NCBI RefSeq assembly: GCF_018350175.1 | Contig: NC_058368.1 | Coordinates: forward strand, 208,694,001-208,758,000 | DNA length: 64,000 nt | Origin: Felis catus | Lineage: Eukaryota | Direction: 5' to 3' | Shown here: in pieces, positions 38,451 through 52,062 of the stretch | How positions within the stretch are numbered: position 1 is the stretch's first letter | How the letters are laid out: each line of letters opens with the position of its first letter | Made by a program: the position numbers and the translations under genes | Notes under the pieces: model-generated | Told to the model about the DNA's origin: nothing | The model's database searches: none | What the model saw: only the letters and a program-made list of their open reading frames with translations

Positions 38451-39469
38451 TCTCAGGAATATAGTCTTAAACTCAATTCTACTTAAATTCTGGTCCTTTG
38501 AGAGAAATGGAATAAAATGTCAGAAGAAACACATTGTATTCTTCCACCAGAGACCATACGATTTCATAGGAGTTTCTTTAGATCCTTGGGTAGTGTGCAT
38601 TTTAACTAATCCATGTCATTCAGTTGATATTAAAAACAAAGTAAACATTTAAAAATAGTTCAAAAAAGTACATCTTCCCTTGATTTTCATGAGCAGGCCC
38701 AGAGTTTGAAATGGCATGTAAAGTCTACCCCCAAAAAAAAAATCTATTTAGGAATTGCAATCCATCATCTTTTCTCCCCTCCCTGTCCCCCTTAATCTTT
38801 CTGGCAGATTAATCTGAAGAACTCTGCCCAACCATCTCATTTCCTGTGTGCACACACCCTGTAGACACATACAAGCAGATCATTATCATTCCGGGAGTGA
38901 TCACGGACCAAATGTTATTTTCACCTTCTCCAGCTTTGCACCGTCTCATTCTGAAGACTCTGGCTGTCAGTCTGTCCTTCACATCTTGGTGGTATTTTTA
39001 GCACCATTTCCTTTCAGGTCTGCTTTTCTCCTGTCAGAATTTCCCTGGCAAAGAGATAGTTGCCTTCTAGCTTTTTATACTTTCAGCAATTAATGTTCAG
39101 CGGGAAAATTCATAAGTCTTAGTAGAGGGGCCTCAGTTATCTGCTACATCTGCCAATGATGATGAAGATGAAGCGGAGGGGGATGGAGAAGGAGGAGGAA
39201 GAGAAAGTGGCAGTAAAGAAGCAAAAGTACCTGCAAGTTTCTTGCGAGTATGATCTGAGTCTTGCTCCTCTTTGAATTCCTGCCTCTTAACATCATGCCC
39301 AGCACAGAGCGTGTACTTATTCAATGTTTGGAGATTTAAAAACTATAAAGAAAATGAACAAATGGAAAAGAATGATGTCTGCAGAGAGGGAAGAAGAAAA
39401 AGAGGGAGGGAGGGGAGTAGGAGGAAAGAAATATGAACTAAACCTGGAAATATAAGGAGACAGTAAATA

Positions 39470-39685
39470 AAATAGTTTCTAGAGTCAGAATGACTGGTTT
39501 GAGTCTCATTTCTGGAATTCACCAGCTGTGTCACCTTGGACAAGTTTATTAAGCTTTCTAAGCTCCAACCTCCTCACCAGTAAAATGAGGATTATTAGAG
39601 CACCTTCTTCATTGGGTTGTTCTGAGAACTAAGTGTAGTAATACATGTAAATAACATTCCACAAATGTTAATTACTATTATTTCT
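39470..39685 (+). mobile_element. MIR SINE
   Basis: CAGCTGTGTCACCTTGGACAAGTT..GTAAAATGAGGAT..GGGTTGTTCTGAG core. Confidence 0.85.
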
Positions 39686-41139
39686 TTATCATCACCATCG
39701 AAGTCACTTTTACCCATTAATCTTGAACCTGGGTCTCTTCTTACAGAAGTATCTTGATTTGGCAACCACTGAAAATTTAGAAGTCCATTTTGCAGATACT
39801 TATAGCTGTCACTCAAGAGGAAATTCACCCAGTCGATTTCATATTCTGACAGTGCTTCAGGACATGGTGGAGTCATTAAGAACTGTTGCATTCTGATATT
39901 TTAACCAATTAATGTAACATTTCTTCTGAACGCTCAAGGCACAACCTAGGAATGTGAAGCAGATGAATCTTGTGTCACAGTTTTAGTCACATTACAGTGA
40001 ATCATACTCCCTGGGTTTACGAGGGAATGCTTCCTTACATCCCAGAATATCTCCCACAGCCAACCTGAACAAGCTTGGCAGGGACCCAGGACTCGTGGGT
40101 ACTTACCTGACAAGCAATCACATTTCATTTGCAACAAAGAGGAATTTCCTTTCTGATGACAAATGTACTTCAGGGACACACCTGCTAAGCTGGGCACTGT
40201 CTCATGACCACTCAGGGGAACTGACCCAACAAGCTTTCCCAAATAGCAGGTAAACATCAGTCCCAAGCTATTCATCCGTATCCTCAAGGAAATGAAGGCA
40301 GAGGAATCAGGGAATTTCTAGGCAAGAGCAGAGATGGGAAAAAACAAAGGGAATCATTAGGTCTACGTTTTAATCCCATGTCCATCCACCATTTTTTCCT
40401 TCCCACTCACCCACCCAAGAATAAAATGTATAATTTCGGGGAGTGGGGGGAGGCAGGGGGAAGACTGGTGCTGAATCACCATCTACTCATATGCTTGTTT
40501 TACAAAATTACTACCCTGAGGTTATAATGTTTTATAGGTGCTTGGCCCTCCTCTTCCCTCTCCTTTCCCATAGAGCAAGTCTAATCATATAACCTTTCAC
40601 CCAGATCTGAATCATGGGTCTAATGATCAAGATTATTTTTTAAGTGAAAGAAAAAAATAATGATCATTTATGTTGTGGAACACAGAGTTTACAGACTGCA
40701 GAAAACACACGGCTGTTAATGTTTGATTTTAACAAACCTTGTTCCAAATCAGATTCCCATCACTCCAATAGTCTCTTTCTTTGAAATTCCAGGAATAAAG
40801 CTATGAACAACAGCAGCTCATCTCAATTGCACATAATAATTATAATGACAGCATTTGTATTTGATAAGTTAAATTCATAAGCGAGGAACTCTATCTCCAT
40901 TTACAAGAGTTAAAAAAAAAATGCAACCCAATAAAGAGCAGCATAACAAGAGAGAATTTTCCTTGAACGTAGACAGACTGGAAAGGAGCTTACAGAGGAA
41001 GTCCTGGCCTCAGGAGCTTACCTAAGGCTGAGACGTGGTCAGTCAACCTGGAATTCACTAGCTGTGAGTTTCCTGAAAAATGCCCATCCTTCTGCACAAT
41101 GCCAGACAAGCTCAGGTTTGGAATCACAGCCCCAGAGAC

Positions 41140-41478
41140 TGTCTTAGTCTGTTCAGACTGCTATAATAGAAATACCATATGTTGGTAGTTCACAACAAAC
41201 ATTTATTCCTTACAGTTCTAAAAACTAGAAGTCCAAGGTCAAGGATCCAGCATATTTGGTGTCCAGTAAAGAGTTCCTGATTCACAGATGGCTGTCTTCT
41301 TGCAGTGTCCTCACACAGTGGGAGGGGCCAGGGAGCTCTCTAGGGTGTCTTATATAAGGACACTGAGCCCATTCATGAGGGCTCCACCCTCATGACCTAA
41401 TCACCTCCAAATACCACCATGCTGGGGGTTGGGATCCTACGTATGAATTTTGAGAGACATGAACATTCCATCTATTGC
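41140..41478 (-). mobile_element. MLT1A-like MaLR solo LTR
   Basis: TGTCTTAGTCTGTTCAGACTGCTATAA..GAAGTCCAAGGTCAAGG..CCCATTCATGAGGGCTCCACCCTCATGACCTAATCACCTCC. Confidence 0.92.
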
Positions 41479-42051
41479 AGAGACTGAGTCCCCAGACTTG
41501 CAAGTGCTGGATGAACCTCAGCAGTTCACTAAAATGTGCGGTTGCCTATTCTTTCCATCTGTGAAATGGAGATACTACCCACCTCACAGCACTGTTATGG
41601 GAACAAATTATTTCATGTATGAGAGCACCTAGTAAACTAGCAAGATAACGTTTAGCTAGAGCAGTTGGGGAACATATCATGACAGAGGGAGGCTCCAAAC
41701 TGAGTATTAAAAAAGGAGCAGGGTCTCAATAGGTTAGAGAACAATGTGACAGGTAATAATCACGACAGCAGCAAAGACAATACAGATACAAGGGGTAAAT
41801 TAGACTAATGGGGCAGGGAAGAGTGCTGGAGTCATGGGACATAGGCCTTTGTTTGATCCTTCTGTCTGGAGGTCCACAAGAATTTTGGGATTAACATTTC
41901 ACAAAGTTGTACTTTACATAAAAGTTTGATAAAAACTTAAACCACACAAAATGCTAATTTTCCCTAAGACATGCATTTTCCTGCCCAATTTTACTGACAA
42001 GCAATCTTCCTCATAACGATGCACCCTCTAATTAGTGTCTCAAGTCACTAA

Positions 42052-42722
42052 ACCAAAGGTTCTCAAAGTGTGGTCCCCAGGCCTGCAGCATCAATCACCT
42101 GGCATGGTGTAGAAAGAATCATGGTCCCCCCAAAGATCCACATCCTAATCCTTGCAAATATTTATTTCATGGCAAAGAATAATTAAATTTCAGGTGAAGT
42201 TAAGGCTGCTAATCAGCTCACTTTAAAACAAAAAATTATCCATGTGAGCCCAATGTAATCCAAGGATCATTAAATGAGGAAGAGGGAAGCAGAAGAGTTA
42301 AAAACCAGAGAGAGCAGTGCGACTCAACCAGTCCTTGCTGGCTTTGAAGATGGAAGACAGCCACAGGTGAAGGAATGCAAGGAGCCTCTAGAAGCTGGAA
42401 AATGCAAGGGAACAGATTTTCCCTTAGGGCCTCCACACAACCCTGCCAACACCTTGATTTTAGCCCAGTGAGACTCACTTTGGACTTCTGTCCTACAGAA
42501 CTATGGAATAATAAAGTTATGTTGTTTTAAGCAGCTATATTTCTAATAATTTGTTACAGCAGCATTAGAAAACTAATACATCTGGAAAGTTGCTAAAAAG
42601 GCAAATTTTCTGGCCACAACCCAGACCTACTGAGTCAGAAAATCAGAGGGTGGGGCCCAGAAATCTGCCATTAAACAAGCCCTCGGGGTAATTCTGATGC
42701 ACACTAAAGTTTGAGAGCCACT
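42052..42722. mobile_element. MER5A MITE split by an MLT1 LTR
   Basis: GGTTCTCAAAGTGTGGTCCC..CACCTGG | TCTGG..CCCAGACCTACTGAGTCAGAA..AAAGTTTGAGAGCCACT. Confidence 0.9.
42103..42580 (+). mobile_element. MLT1D/E-like MaLR solo LTR
   Basis: TTGCTGGCTTTGAAGATGGA, CTAGAAGCTGGAAAA, ACACCTTGATTTTAGCCCAGTGAGAC, GAAAACTAATACA end; 5-bp CCTGG/TCTGG flanks. Confidence 0.92.
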
Positions 42723-44163
42723 CACTAGACTAAGCAAACACATTCAGGCACAGATCCCCAAGAAAAGTCAACACTGACAACTGATGACTTGATTAACCAT
42801 GAAAAAATCTACTAGTGCTATGTCCTGCCTTGACAAGCATAGAATAGGAAACCCAACCAAATCATTGGTGATTCAGATTCCTTCAGGGCCCGGGGTCCTC
42901 ACTTGGAATAGCAGTGATAAATGTGCCCTAGTCCAAAACCTATCCTGGAGGCTCTTTTTAAAATTCATTTGTGATTCCAACTAGACTTTTATAAAGGGTG
43001 GAGTCATTTGCCTCTTTCTCACTAAACTTGAGTAATATTGGGGAAATGTGGGTGGGTGAGCATCCAAGTAAACTGAGGATTTATGAGGGCTTGTTCCAGG
43101 AAGGAGAGGGCGACTTAAAAAACTCATAGATATGGAGGGCTGGGGGGTTTTACTGTCCATGAAGCTGGTTCCTCCATCTTGAGTGTAGGTCTGCTCATGC
43201 CCACCACCACAGCACTGCCAATATCGCCAATGACAAGGACCTCAATACCTCCCATGGCAAACTATTCCATTCAGAGAAGGCTCTAATTTGTGAGATCTGA
43301 ATTCCTTTCATCTGGCAGCTGATTTTCTTTGGACTTCACGCTTGATTTCATATTGGCCTACACTGAATTATTTGAAGTCTCTGATGCCCACTCATATGCA
43401 AGAACGAAATATGGCTAGGTTGTAACCTCCACTGCATACATTGACTTGTTTTCTCAGCACTATTAGCCTCTACTGACCTCAAAGGGAGGCATGTGCGTAA
43501 GCTAGGCAGGAGGTAGACATGGGCCCGGTTAAAGGCAAAGTGCTTTAAAAGCCTTTGATGAAAGGCATTAAGGCTTGAAAGGGTTGTTTCTGAAATACTA
43601 CACCTCCCTTTTAAGAACTCTTAAGATCTGGAGGGTGATACTCTCTCACCCCAGAAGAATTCAAGCATGAATGTTCTTAGAGCCTCCAATTAAGAGTCCA
43701 ATTCCATCTCTCCAGATGCTCACTTCCACCAAAATTACCTAGTTGATTTTTTTTAAAGAACAAACAAAACCAGGCTGAACAATATCTCAGAGTTAAATAA
43801 CCACTAAATGGGTGTTGACAAATTAAGATATAAAAGCCCAATAGCTCTACTTCATACATATAACTATAAATGAAAAGAAAACCCCAAACCATTCTTGCAT
43901 TACTTATTGATTAATCCAACTGTTGTGTGCATCTATTATCTGCCAGCCACTAAAATAGATACATGATGATGAACTAGACAGACACAGTGCCTGCCCTCTT
44001 AAGGTTTGAAGACTCCATTTAAACATCAACTCATCTGTATTCCTATGGTCCTGGGGCATTAACATTCAGATGTTTCTATCATTTATAAAGTGATATAGGG
44101 AAAGGTGCCTATTGTATTGGAATGCACCTAGTTCCTTGAATCAGATGGTTAAATGTTATATAT

Positions 44164-44376
44164 GTTTTTAATGTTTATTTTAGAGAAAGAGAAAGAGAGA
44201 GAGAGACAGAGCATGAGTGGGGGAGGGGCAGAGAGAGAGGGAGAGACAGAATCTGAAGCAGGCTCCTAGCTCTGAGCTGTCAGCACAGTCTGACACGGTG
44301 CTCGAACCCACGAACCGGGAGATCATGACCTGAGATGAAGTTGGATGCTTAACAGACTGAGCCACCCAGGTGCCCC
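44164..44376 (-). mobile_element. CanSINE
   Basis: Antisense full SINE; TSD ATGTTATATAT on both sides. Confidence 0.95.
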
Positions 44377-45699
44377 TATGTTATATATTATTTTTAGAGA
44401 TGGGAGTTGAAAACCCAAGACAAAACAGTCCTTGGATTTCCTGGATGGTGCATGTTAAATACATAAGAAAATCTCATTCTTATCCACTGTTATATTGGTC
44501 TCTTTATGGAAATGATGGTGGTCCAAGAGGGGATTATATTAATAGGATGCTTTTTTTTTTTTTAATTCTTACTCTATGTCTTAATGTTGATTCCATCTGC
44601 ACAGAGTTCAAACTTGGTGGCCAATGTCACTGGATATCAGCAGTAATTATGAGCCCACAGTCTTCTCTGTGATCTCTGCCAACCTCTAGGGGCTGGCCCC
44701 CTTCATTCCATTTTTAGCAAAAAGGTATGAACTACCAATGGCTGTCATAGCACCAGCTCTTATCACTACCCCAAATGCTAACATCATCTGTAGATTCTCC
44801 AATATAACCAATCTTGGAAGACCAGAAGATGCTTAAGACATGTGCAAATTCTTCTGTAAAGACGAAAGAGCTGCTCTTCTGGATCAGAATAATAGCTGTG
44901 ACAGAGATCCCAAGAAGCATCTTATGGAAGAATACAGTATGCTTTTTGATGTGGTCTCAAAAAGTCAGATCCTAACTTAAAAAAAAAAATTAAAAATCTG
45001 TTCCCTCCACAGCCAACTCTATTAACCATAAACATATAACCATTGTAAATTTGTATTTACAGAGCTTCCCTTAATTCTCGAGTAATGAGAAACAAAAGTA
45101 CATTACCCCATATGAAGTAGGACTTCTTTATATTATGTTAAGTTTGCCTTTCAAAGAATATTTCTTTAGAAATTCAGAACTTGTGAACTCTTAGCCTTTA
45201 CTTTTATAGGCTGAACAATACTGGCCTTCTCACCTGTTCTCATAAATACAGCCCCTGCCTCTCCCTGACCCCTTCCATCTCTTTACCTCCCACCTTCATG
45301 CTTCAATTTTATTTATCTACCCATAGCCTTCTTTTCTGGCAGCATCTTTTCTTTTCTTGTGGCACAGTGCCTGTGTTCAAACACAGAACAAAGTTTGTCA
45401 GGGGGGGAATCCATCTTTCTCTCCCATAATGGTAACACAATGCTGTCCCGTTTCCAACACGCCTAAATGATGACCAGAATTTGCTGGATCTTTTGCAACC
45501 AATGTCTTCATTGACTCCTGTGCCCTTTTCTAGATTGCATCTGGTAATCCAGAAATGATTAATTCACCTGAATAGCTTATTCTCCCACATATTCAAGACC
45601 TTTATCTATTTTGAACAAGAAAATGGAAAAATGTTATGATTTTCATCATGTCACTCCTTGAGATGGCATCTAGGCCAGAAGAAACTGTGGCTGAAACCC

Positions 45700-46050
45700 T
45701 CACTAAAGCAAGCTGCCCTGTCATGGGGGGCACTCGGCAGTCCTGTGGGAAAGCCCATATACACACAGACCACATGGAGAGGAAGCAAAGAGCCTCACCT
45801 TGCCAGCCACGTGAGTGACCCACCGTCAAAGCAGATCCTCCACCCTCTTCAAGCCTTCAGATGATTCCAGCCCCCAGGTTTTGGGTCTTCTAGCTGAGAC
45901 TTCAGACATCATGGAGCAGAGACAAACCACCCCTGCTGTGCCCTCACCCTCTCTGAATTCCTGGCCCACAGTAACTAGAAGATAATGATAGCTATTTTTT
46001 AAGATACTGGCATTGTGAGGTAATTCGCTACACCAATTGGTAAATATCAC
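45700..46050 (+). mobile_element. MLT1-type LTR
   Basis: CCAGCCCCCAG..CTAGCTGAG..CAGACATCATGGAGCAGAGACAA..CTGAATTCCTGGCCCACAG. Confidence 0.8.
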
Positions 46051-46479
46051 AGCATATATGTATGCAAAGATAACTTTTCTTAGAAAAGCAAAAAAAAATT
46101 ATAATATAAAATTCAAGGTAGTGGTTGCCTCTGCATGGGAGGCAAAAAAGCAGGGTAGGATAAGATGATATGAATAATTAATAAGTAATCAGTGAATATC
46201 TACATCTTGGTTGGATGGTAATGTTCTTTAACAGGTAGATAGATGAATAACAGAGAGGATCCTGCATAGTCCAATGATGATAGTGTTTCATGAGCAAAAA
46301 ATTATATTTAATCCATTTTAAACAGATGTCCAATGATAAGGAAAGAAATAAAAGGGAAGGAGAGAGAAGGGGAAAAGGAAGAGATGAGGGAGGGAAGGTA
46401 GGAAGGAAAGAAACGTCGAGAGAAAGAAGGAAGGGAAAGAGGAAAGATGGAAGGAAGGAGAGAAGTTATTAGGTTACTA

Positions 46480-47360
46480 CTTGGTAAAAATTGAACTTAT
46501 TTCCATCCGTCACCTAGCATATCTACTCCTGGGTAGAAGGAGCTTCTCCTTAGAGAAGCTCTAGCACTAGGAGACAGGTACAATATTCATAAACATTTTG
46601 GAGGAGAAAAAAACTAGAAATATACAAATATCCAGCAACTATAAAATGAATAAGTACATGGTGGTTATTCAGGAAGTAGAACATTATACAGTGATGAATA
46701 CTAGTGACTAACATCATGGATGAATCTCCACTTGACACCATGGATAAATATCTAGAGATGTACAGTCCAACGGAACTTTCTGCAATGATATAAATGTTCT
46801 AGAGCATGATGCCGAGCAGAAGACAAGAAATGACTCTGTATCTATGAAGCTAAAGGCAGACAAAACGAAACAGTATACTGATTAGAAATGCAAATATGGT
46901 AGTAAAACTATACTGAAAAGTGAGAAAATATGCAAAATTTACACTGGTGGTTAGGGGAAGCAGGGTGGGGATTCAAGAGGAGCAGGGAGATTTGATAGTT
47001 TAGAAATATTCTTTTTTTTTTTTAATTTTTTTTTTTATATAACGTTTATTTATTTTTGGGACAGAGAGAGACAGAGCATGAACGGGGGAGGGGCAGAGAG
47101 AGAGGGAGACACAGAGTTGGAAACAGGCTCCAGGCTCTGAGCCATCAGCCCAGAGCCTGACGCGGGGCTCGAACTCCCGGACCGCGAGATCGTGACCTGG
47201 CTGAAGTCGGACGCTTAACCGACTGCGCCACCCAGGCGCCCCAGTTTAGAAATATTCTAAAGTGGAGGGGGAGATCCATAGGTATTCATATTTTTACTCT
47301 TAAACTATACACAGACGTTGTACACACTTTCATATGTACTATAAATTAAAGAAATAAAAG
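46480..47360 (+). mobile_element. Old L1M 3' region containing a small MER3-like piece (46751-46803) and a SINE
   Basis: ACATCATGGATGAATCTC; AAAGGCAGACAAAAC; GTCCAACGGAACTTTCTGCAATGAT..AATGTTCTA resembles the MER3 end. Confidence 0.6.
47013..47242 (-). mobile_element. Young CanSINE (SINEC_Fc-like)
   Basis: CpGs intact; perfect 16-bp TSD AGTTTAGAAATATTCT at 46997-47012 and 47243-47258. Confidence 0.98.
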
Positions 47361-49639
47361 ATATGAGTACAAAGCAACAAAAGAGGGAATCACCATCCCA
47401 TGAATGGACTTAAGCAGAATTTCCTTCTGGTACAGCGTTACTCTTTCTCTCTCCAATGTCTCCGGAGTCAAATATGCAAGAAACCTCACCATCCCAGGTT
47501 TCATCTTGTCCTCCTCTGAAGATTAAAACAAACACACAAACAAACAAACAAACCACATGCAGCACCAAACCACCCCTTCCCACCAACAGATCTCCAACTC
47601 AGCTTTGTGGACTGTCAGTTTATTTCATGCCACATGGCGCAGTGGATGGGGAACTGGATTCTCAGAGACCAAGACTGGGGGCTGCTGAATCACTCCCAAC
47701 TTCTACGACTTTGGGAATATCATCTCACCTCTCTGCTCAGCCCCCTCAGAAGAGCCCCTGGGGTTAACCAGCACTGCTCCTTTTTAAAATGTTCTTATGT
47801 TGGACTTCTTGGTTTAGTTTCTTTTGAAGAAAAGATTACACCGCTTTAAAAAAAAAAAAAAAAGTTCAAAAGCCTCTAGACCAAATGATCACTAATAATT
47901 CTTGCTGGAACATTTTAGAAATCTGTGTTTTGTGACAGCCACATTGGGCCTGGCACACTGTTAGATAGGTAGATGAAAAGGGACTAAAACTAGATCACAA
48001 ACCTGGCATCTTACAGAAAAAGCCTAAGTGTGTACTGCCTAGAATGGTGGATTATTCCAAAAGTTCTCTCAGATTTTTCTTCCTTGTTTCAGAACCCACC
48101 TCCTATCCTACCACCCTTACTCCTAGGTATCTGACAGCAAATCTGGATAACCAGTTTAATCACTATTGAAGAAAAATAATGCGAGAGGGACTGTAGATCA
48201 GGGGCATTTTCTGCAAGGGGCAGAATTGCATGGGAATTTTCACAGGAGTGCCTGGTGGCCCACAGCCCTCTCCTCTGACCCTGTCCATCCTCTAATGTCT
48301 ACACTGCTCAGGGGCGGGTTGCACAGGCCCCTCAGCCATTCTGTCTTTAGGTCTTCTTCCTCCACCCATTCTTGGGTTTCTCTTTGCTAGGTCAATGATG
48401 TGTCAAGTGTTCCAGATCAGACATTATCATTTAAATCCCTATTTTCTGGGCATGATGAATTTCAGGTACCAGGTAGAGATGCCTGCATGGCACAATCTTC
48501 TGTCCATCTGTATACAAAGTCAACCCTGCCGGGGACCACTTGTCCCATAATACTCACCACTGCCTGACAGGACAGCATGGAAGATTTGTCCTCTGGCCAG
48601 GATCCCAACATTACTGTCTCAGTAAAAGATTAGCTATTGGGTGTCACCCTACTTTGGGCCACACTCTCTACTTTAACTCATTCTAATTTCCAAACAGTAT
48701 GTGCCAGTTGTTCTAAAAATTAATAGAAGAAAAAATAGTAATTTTTAGGGTATATGAGCTTGTTATATAGACTAATTGATATAGCCTATAGTTCTTCAGA
48801 CTGGTCAGATTAATGAGAAACTGAAGATTCAATCTCACAACAATTTCTGCAAGATGCAATTCTGATATGAAATCACGACACACCCTCTGGAGAAACAAAG
48901 GCTATCATTCCTTTTTCCTCTCTCCCCTCTCTTCACTCAGGGGGAATGGAGCTGAACTCCCAGGAGAATCACACAGCCACGCTGTGTCAATTTCTAGACA
49001 CTCACATTGAGTTTGAAATGAGAAGATTTTAAGTGTTGCCCGTAAAGATAAGTAATTTTCTCCCTGGGAGAAAAAAAATCAGCACAGGAAGAAATCAACC
49101 GTTTCTGCCTCAGCCATCCCAGAAATTAGCAGTTTCCTCAAATCACAAAAATAAGTTCTCTGTCTGCTCCTATTGCAAAAAAGCATCTTCATTTGTTTAT
49201 AGGATCACTACTAAACATACTGGCTTCCTCCACCCATGGTCTGGAAAATCATTCTCTAGGATTTTTATAAACAAGTTGAGTGGAGGAGGCTCAAAGCTAT
49301 GCTCTCTCTAAAGGAAATTACACCCAGCCCCCAAACTCCAGCAAGCATGAACTCAGTGCCCAAAGAATTCAAGCTAATCCACCCCATTCTCAGTGGCTGG
49401 ACCTGGTGGTCCACGTGCACATCCTCCAATCCAAAGGAAATGGGCACCGTCTCATTAGGAAGCCAGACTATACAAACTGGGATCCCTCCCATTTATCATA
49501 TTGCCATTTTGTTCTAAAAAAGGAAACAAGTAATATTTGATGGTTCTCATTTTTTCAGAAATTTAACCCATTTTCCTTTGACCAACATTCTATACCAGCA
49601 ACCCATGGATGTCCATCACAACCTCATCTCCCACTGTTC

Positions 49640-50080
49640 CCTTAGCCTCTGCCAGAACCAAACTGTTTTAATTTCTATCCCTTATGCCCCTCTCTCCCAC
49701 CTTACACAGTTCCTACTTGGGATGCATCCCTTACCTCTGAAATTCTTTCCAACATTCAAATCCCAATGCCCTCCTCCTCCTTAAAACCTTCCTAAACATT
49801 CCAGCCAGAAATCTCTCTACTTCCTATGAATGTTAGGTCTTCCGGCTTATATTCTTCTTAACTTGCCATTTTTATATACTAATTTGCTGGTTGAGATTTT
49901 CAGTTTATTTGGCTTGAACTTTAATATAACATCTACCTATCCTAGTTCCCCCACTAGACTGAAGGCTTCAATGGCCAAGAGGGTTGCAAGGAAGATACCT
50001 TAAACTTTTGTGGATCACCTGTAGCATCTACCACTGTCTTTACACAGAGTAGCTGACTCAATAAAAGTCTGTTGATAATG
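49640..50080 (+). mobile_element. L2 3' fragment
   Basis: TCAAATCCCAATGCCCTCCTCC..CCCCACTAGACTG..ACACAGAGTAG..CTCAATAAA..TGTTGA. Confidence 0.65.
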
Positions 50081-51869
50081 TTTGAGAAGTGAAGATTCCA
50101 GACAAAGAAACCCAAAGTATGCTGTCAAACGTAGGAACAGATTCCTCTTTAGTAAAACAAACAGCTAATCTATATATTCACATTATTCCTAAGATTCAGC
50201 CAAATCCCTAGAATTAGGTCTACATCAAGTTTGTAGACATTACCAGTATGCCAGTTAAACTCTCACATTTAGCGATAATGGGATAGAGACCCCAAAATCC
50301 CCCAGAGTGTCCCTAGGTTTGCCATTCCAACTATATCATGCTTGATCCTAAGGACCCTGGAAAATTCTTGAATTTGGGACTACCCAGAATCATTTTGTCT
50401 TTGTCAACCAAAAGTGGGTAATAGGACATCCCTCCCATCTCCCAGTGCCCTCAGAACCCAAAACCAGACCAGTCCTGACTTGCGGCTGTTCAAGGATATC
50501 CTGTTTCAGGCATTTACCCCATTGAATGGCTTCCATATTCATTGTTTCATAGGCCGAATGAATACACGAATAACCTGTATCTACTTAATAGGCAGATAAT
50601 CAATGAGTGGTCCCTATGATTGTTACCTTATTTTGTCTTTGCTGTTTTAATAAGAAGTAGGGCTTATCTAAAGACTTTCTTTGGACTCTAAGTCCTCAGG
50701 ACTCAAGTTCTCCAATATCCAGGAAAGATATAAGCATATATACCATATAAATAAATATCAATATATCAATATATATTATCAGTAGAAAGTTACCATCTCC
50801 TTTCTTGGGAAGAACTGTCCATTGTTCCTCATTTTTCATGTCAAAATATTTTTCTTCTTAATAAATTACTAGTCTAGGAGATAGTAGCTGTCAACTAGTT
50901 TTTAATGGCATTACTTGACAAAATAAGAAGTCTGGCTATCCTGTTTCCTCAAAATTATTCAAAAATTGGATCCACCTATAAAATCAAAGCTTGGGAACCA
51001 CTGGCTGGAGAATGTAGACCTAATTAGTACTAACATGATATCTCTGCCCTTTACTCTCATTTGGACCTTACTTTAAACCATTACTTATGGAGGCACCCAT
51101 TGGGTACCTAGCATTATACCAGGGGTTGGGATTACAGACACAATATACAGATGTCATTATCAGTTTGCCTAAGGTCTAGGGAAAAGGCAAGCAGACAGTT
51201 ATCCTATTTAAAAAGCCATTGTTTCCATGTTCCAACCATGGTGGGTTCCAGAAAAAGGAGCATCTGGTCCTCCAGAACTCAACCTCTCATCCTTTTGAAG
51301 GGGTCTGCCTACATGAAGGCATTTGTCCTTTTTTTTTTTTCTAGAAACCTAAAAATTAGAAGTGGCCTGGGCCTTTCTCAGTCTCCAAGATGCTCTCCTT
51401 TGATGCTCAGTCAATAAGTCCCAGGCTCACTTTGACCTTTAAGTCGTATCCTTCAGCTTCAGTTAACATTCAACAAACCAAAACATATCCTCCTTTGTGT
51501 TCCATGATTCCTCAGCGTATGATAATTTTAATCGTACTCTGTTGCTCTTGAAATATTTCTCTTATTATAAGATATCACCTTTGCCAAAGGAGATTCCAAT
51601 CAAGACCCAGAAGAAAACAATTAAGGTGTTATTCAAACAAGAAATAAATGGCAGATCATAATCATAAAATAGGGTAATCAAAAGCATCATAAAATTTAAT
51701 GAGAACACAAGGGAAAAATGATAAAAGGGCTTCTTGTCTACAGAAAAGGTGAGAAGTTCCTCTACTCCAACTTTCAACTTCCACACCCCATACCCTGTGG
51801 CTACAGAGATTTTTTTGGTGACACATCACTTGGATACCTTATAGCAAGTGAGGAGGGATAGGCACAATG

Positions 51870-52062
51870 ACATGTTGATAAGCTGGCTCTCTGAAGGAGA
51901 AAAAAATCTGATTTACAGCAGTTACCAGTTTCTAATGGGGCAAATACTCCTGCTCTGACCAATTTCAAACTGCTAACAGTTTAGTATAACCAGATAAGAA
52001 AATTCTTAAGTATTTAACTACTAGTTTTCATGAGCACGTGTGAATAGCTCCTACACACCATC
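51870..52062 (-). mobile_element. MER63-like hAT MITE
   Basis: AAATACTCC..CCAATTTCAAACTGCTAAC..GCTCCTACACACCA. Confidence 0.55.

Noticed and set aside
39747..39896. Possible + strand terminal exon (CTTCTTACAG| KYLDLATTENLEV...RTVAF*)
   Set aside because: Peptide not recognised and no upstream coding exons found; cannot be supported without homology search
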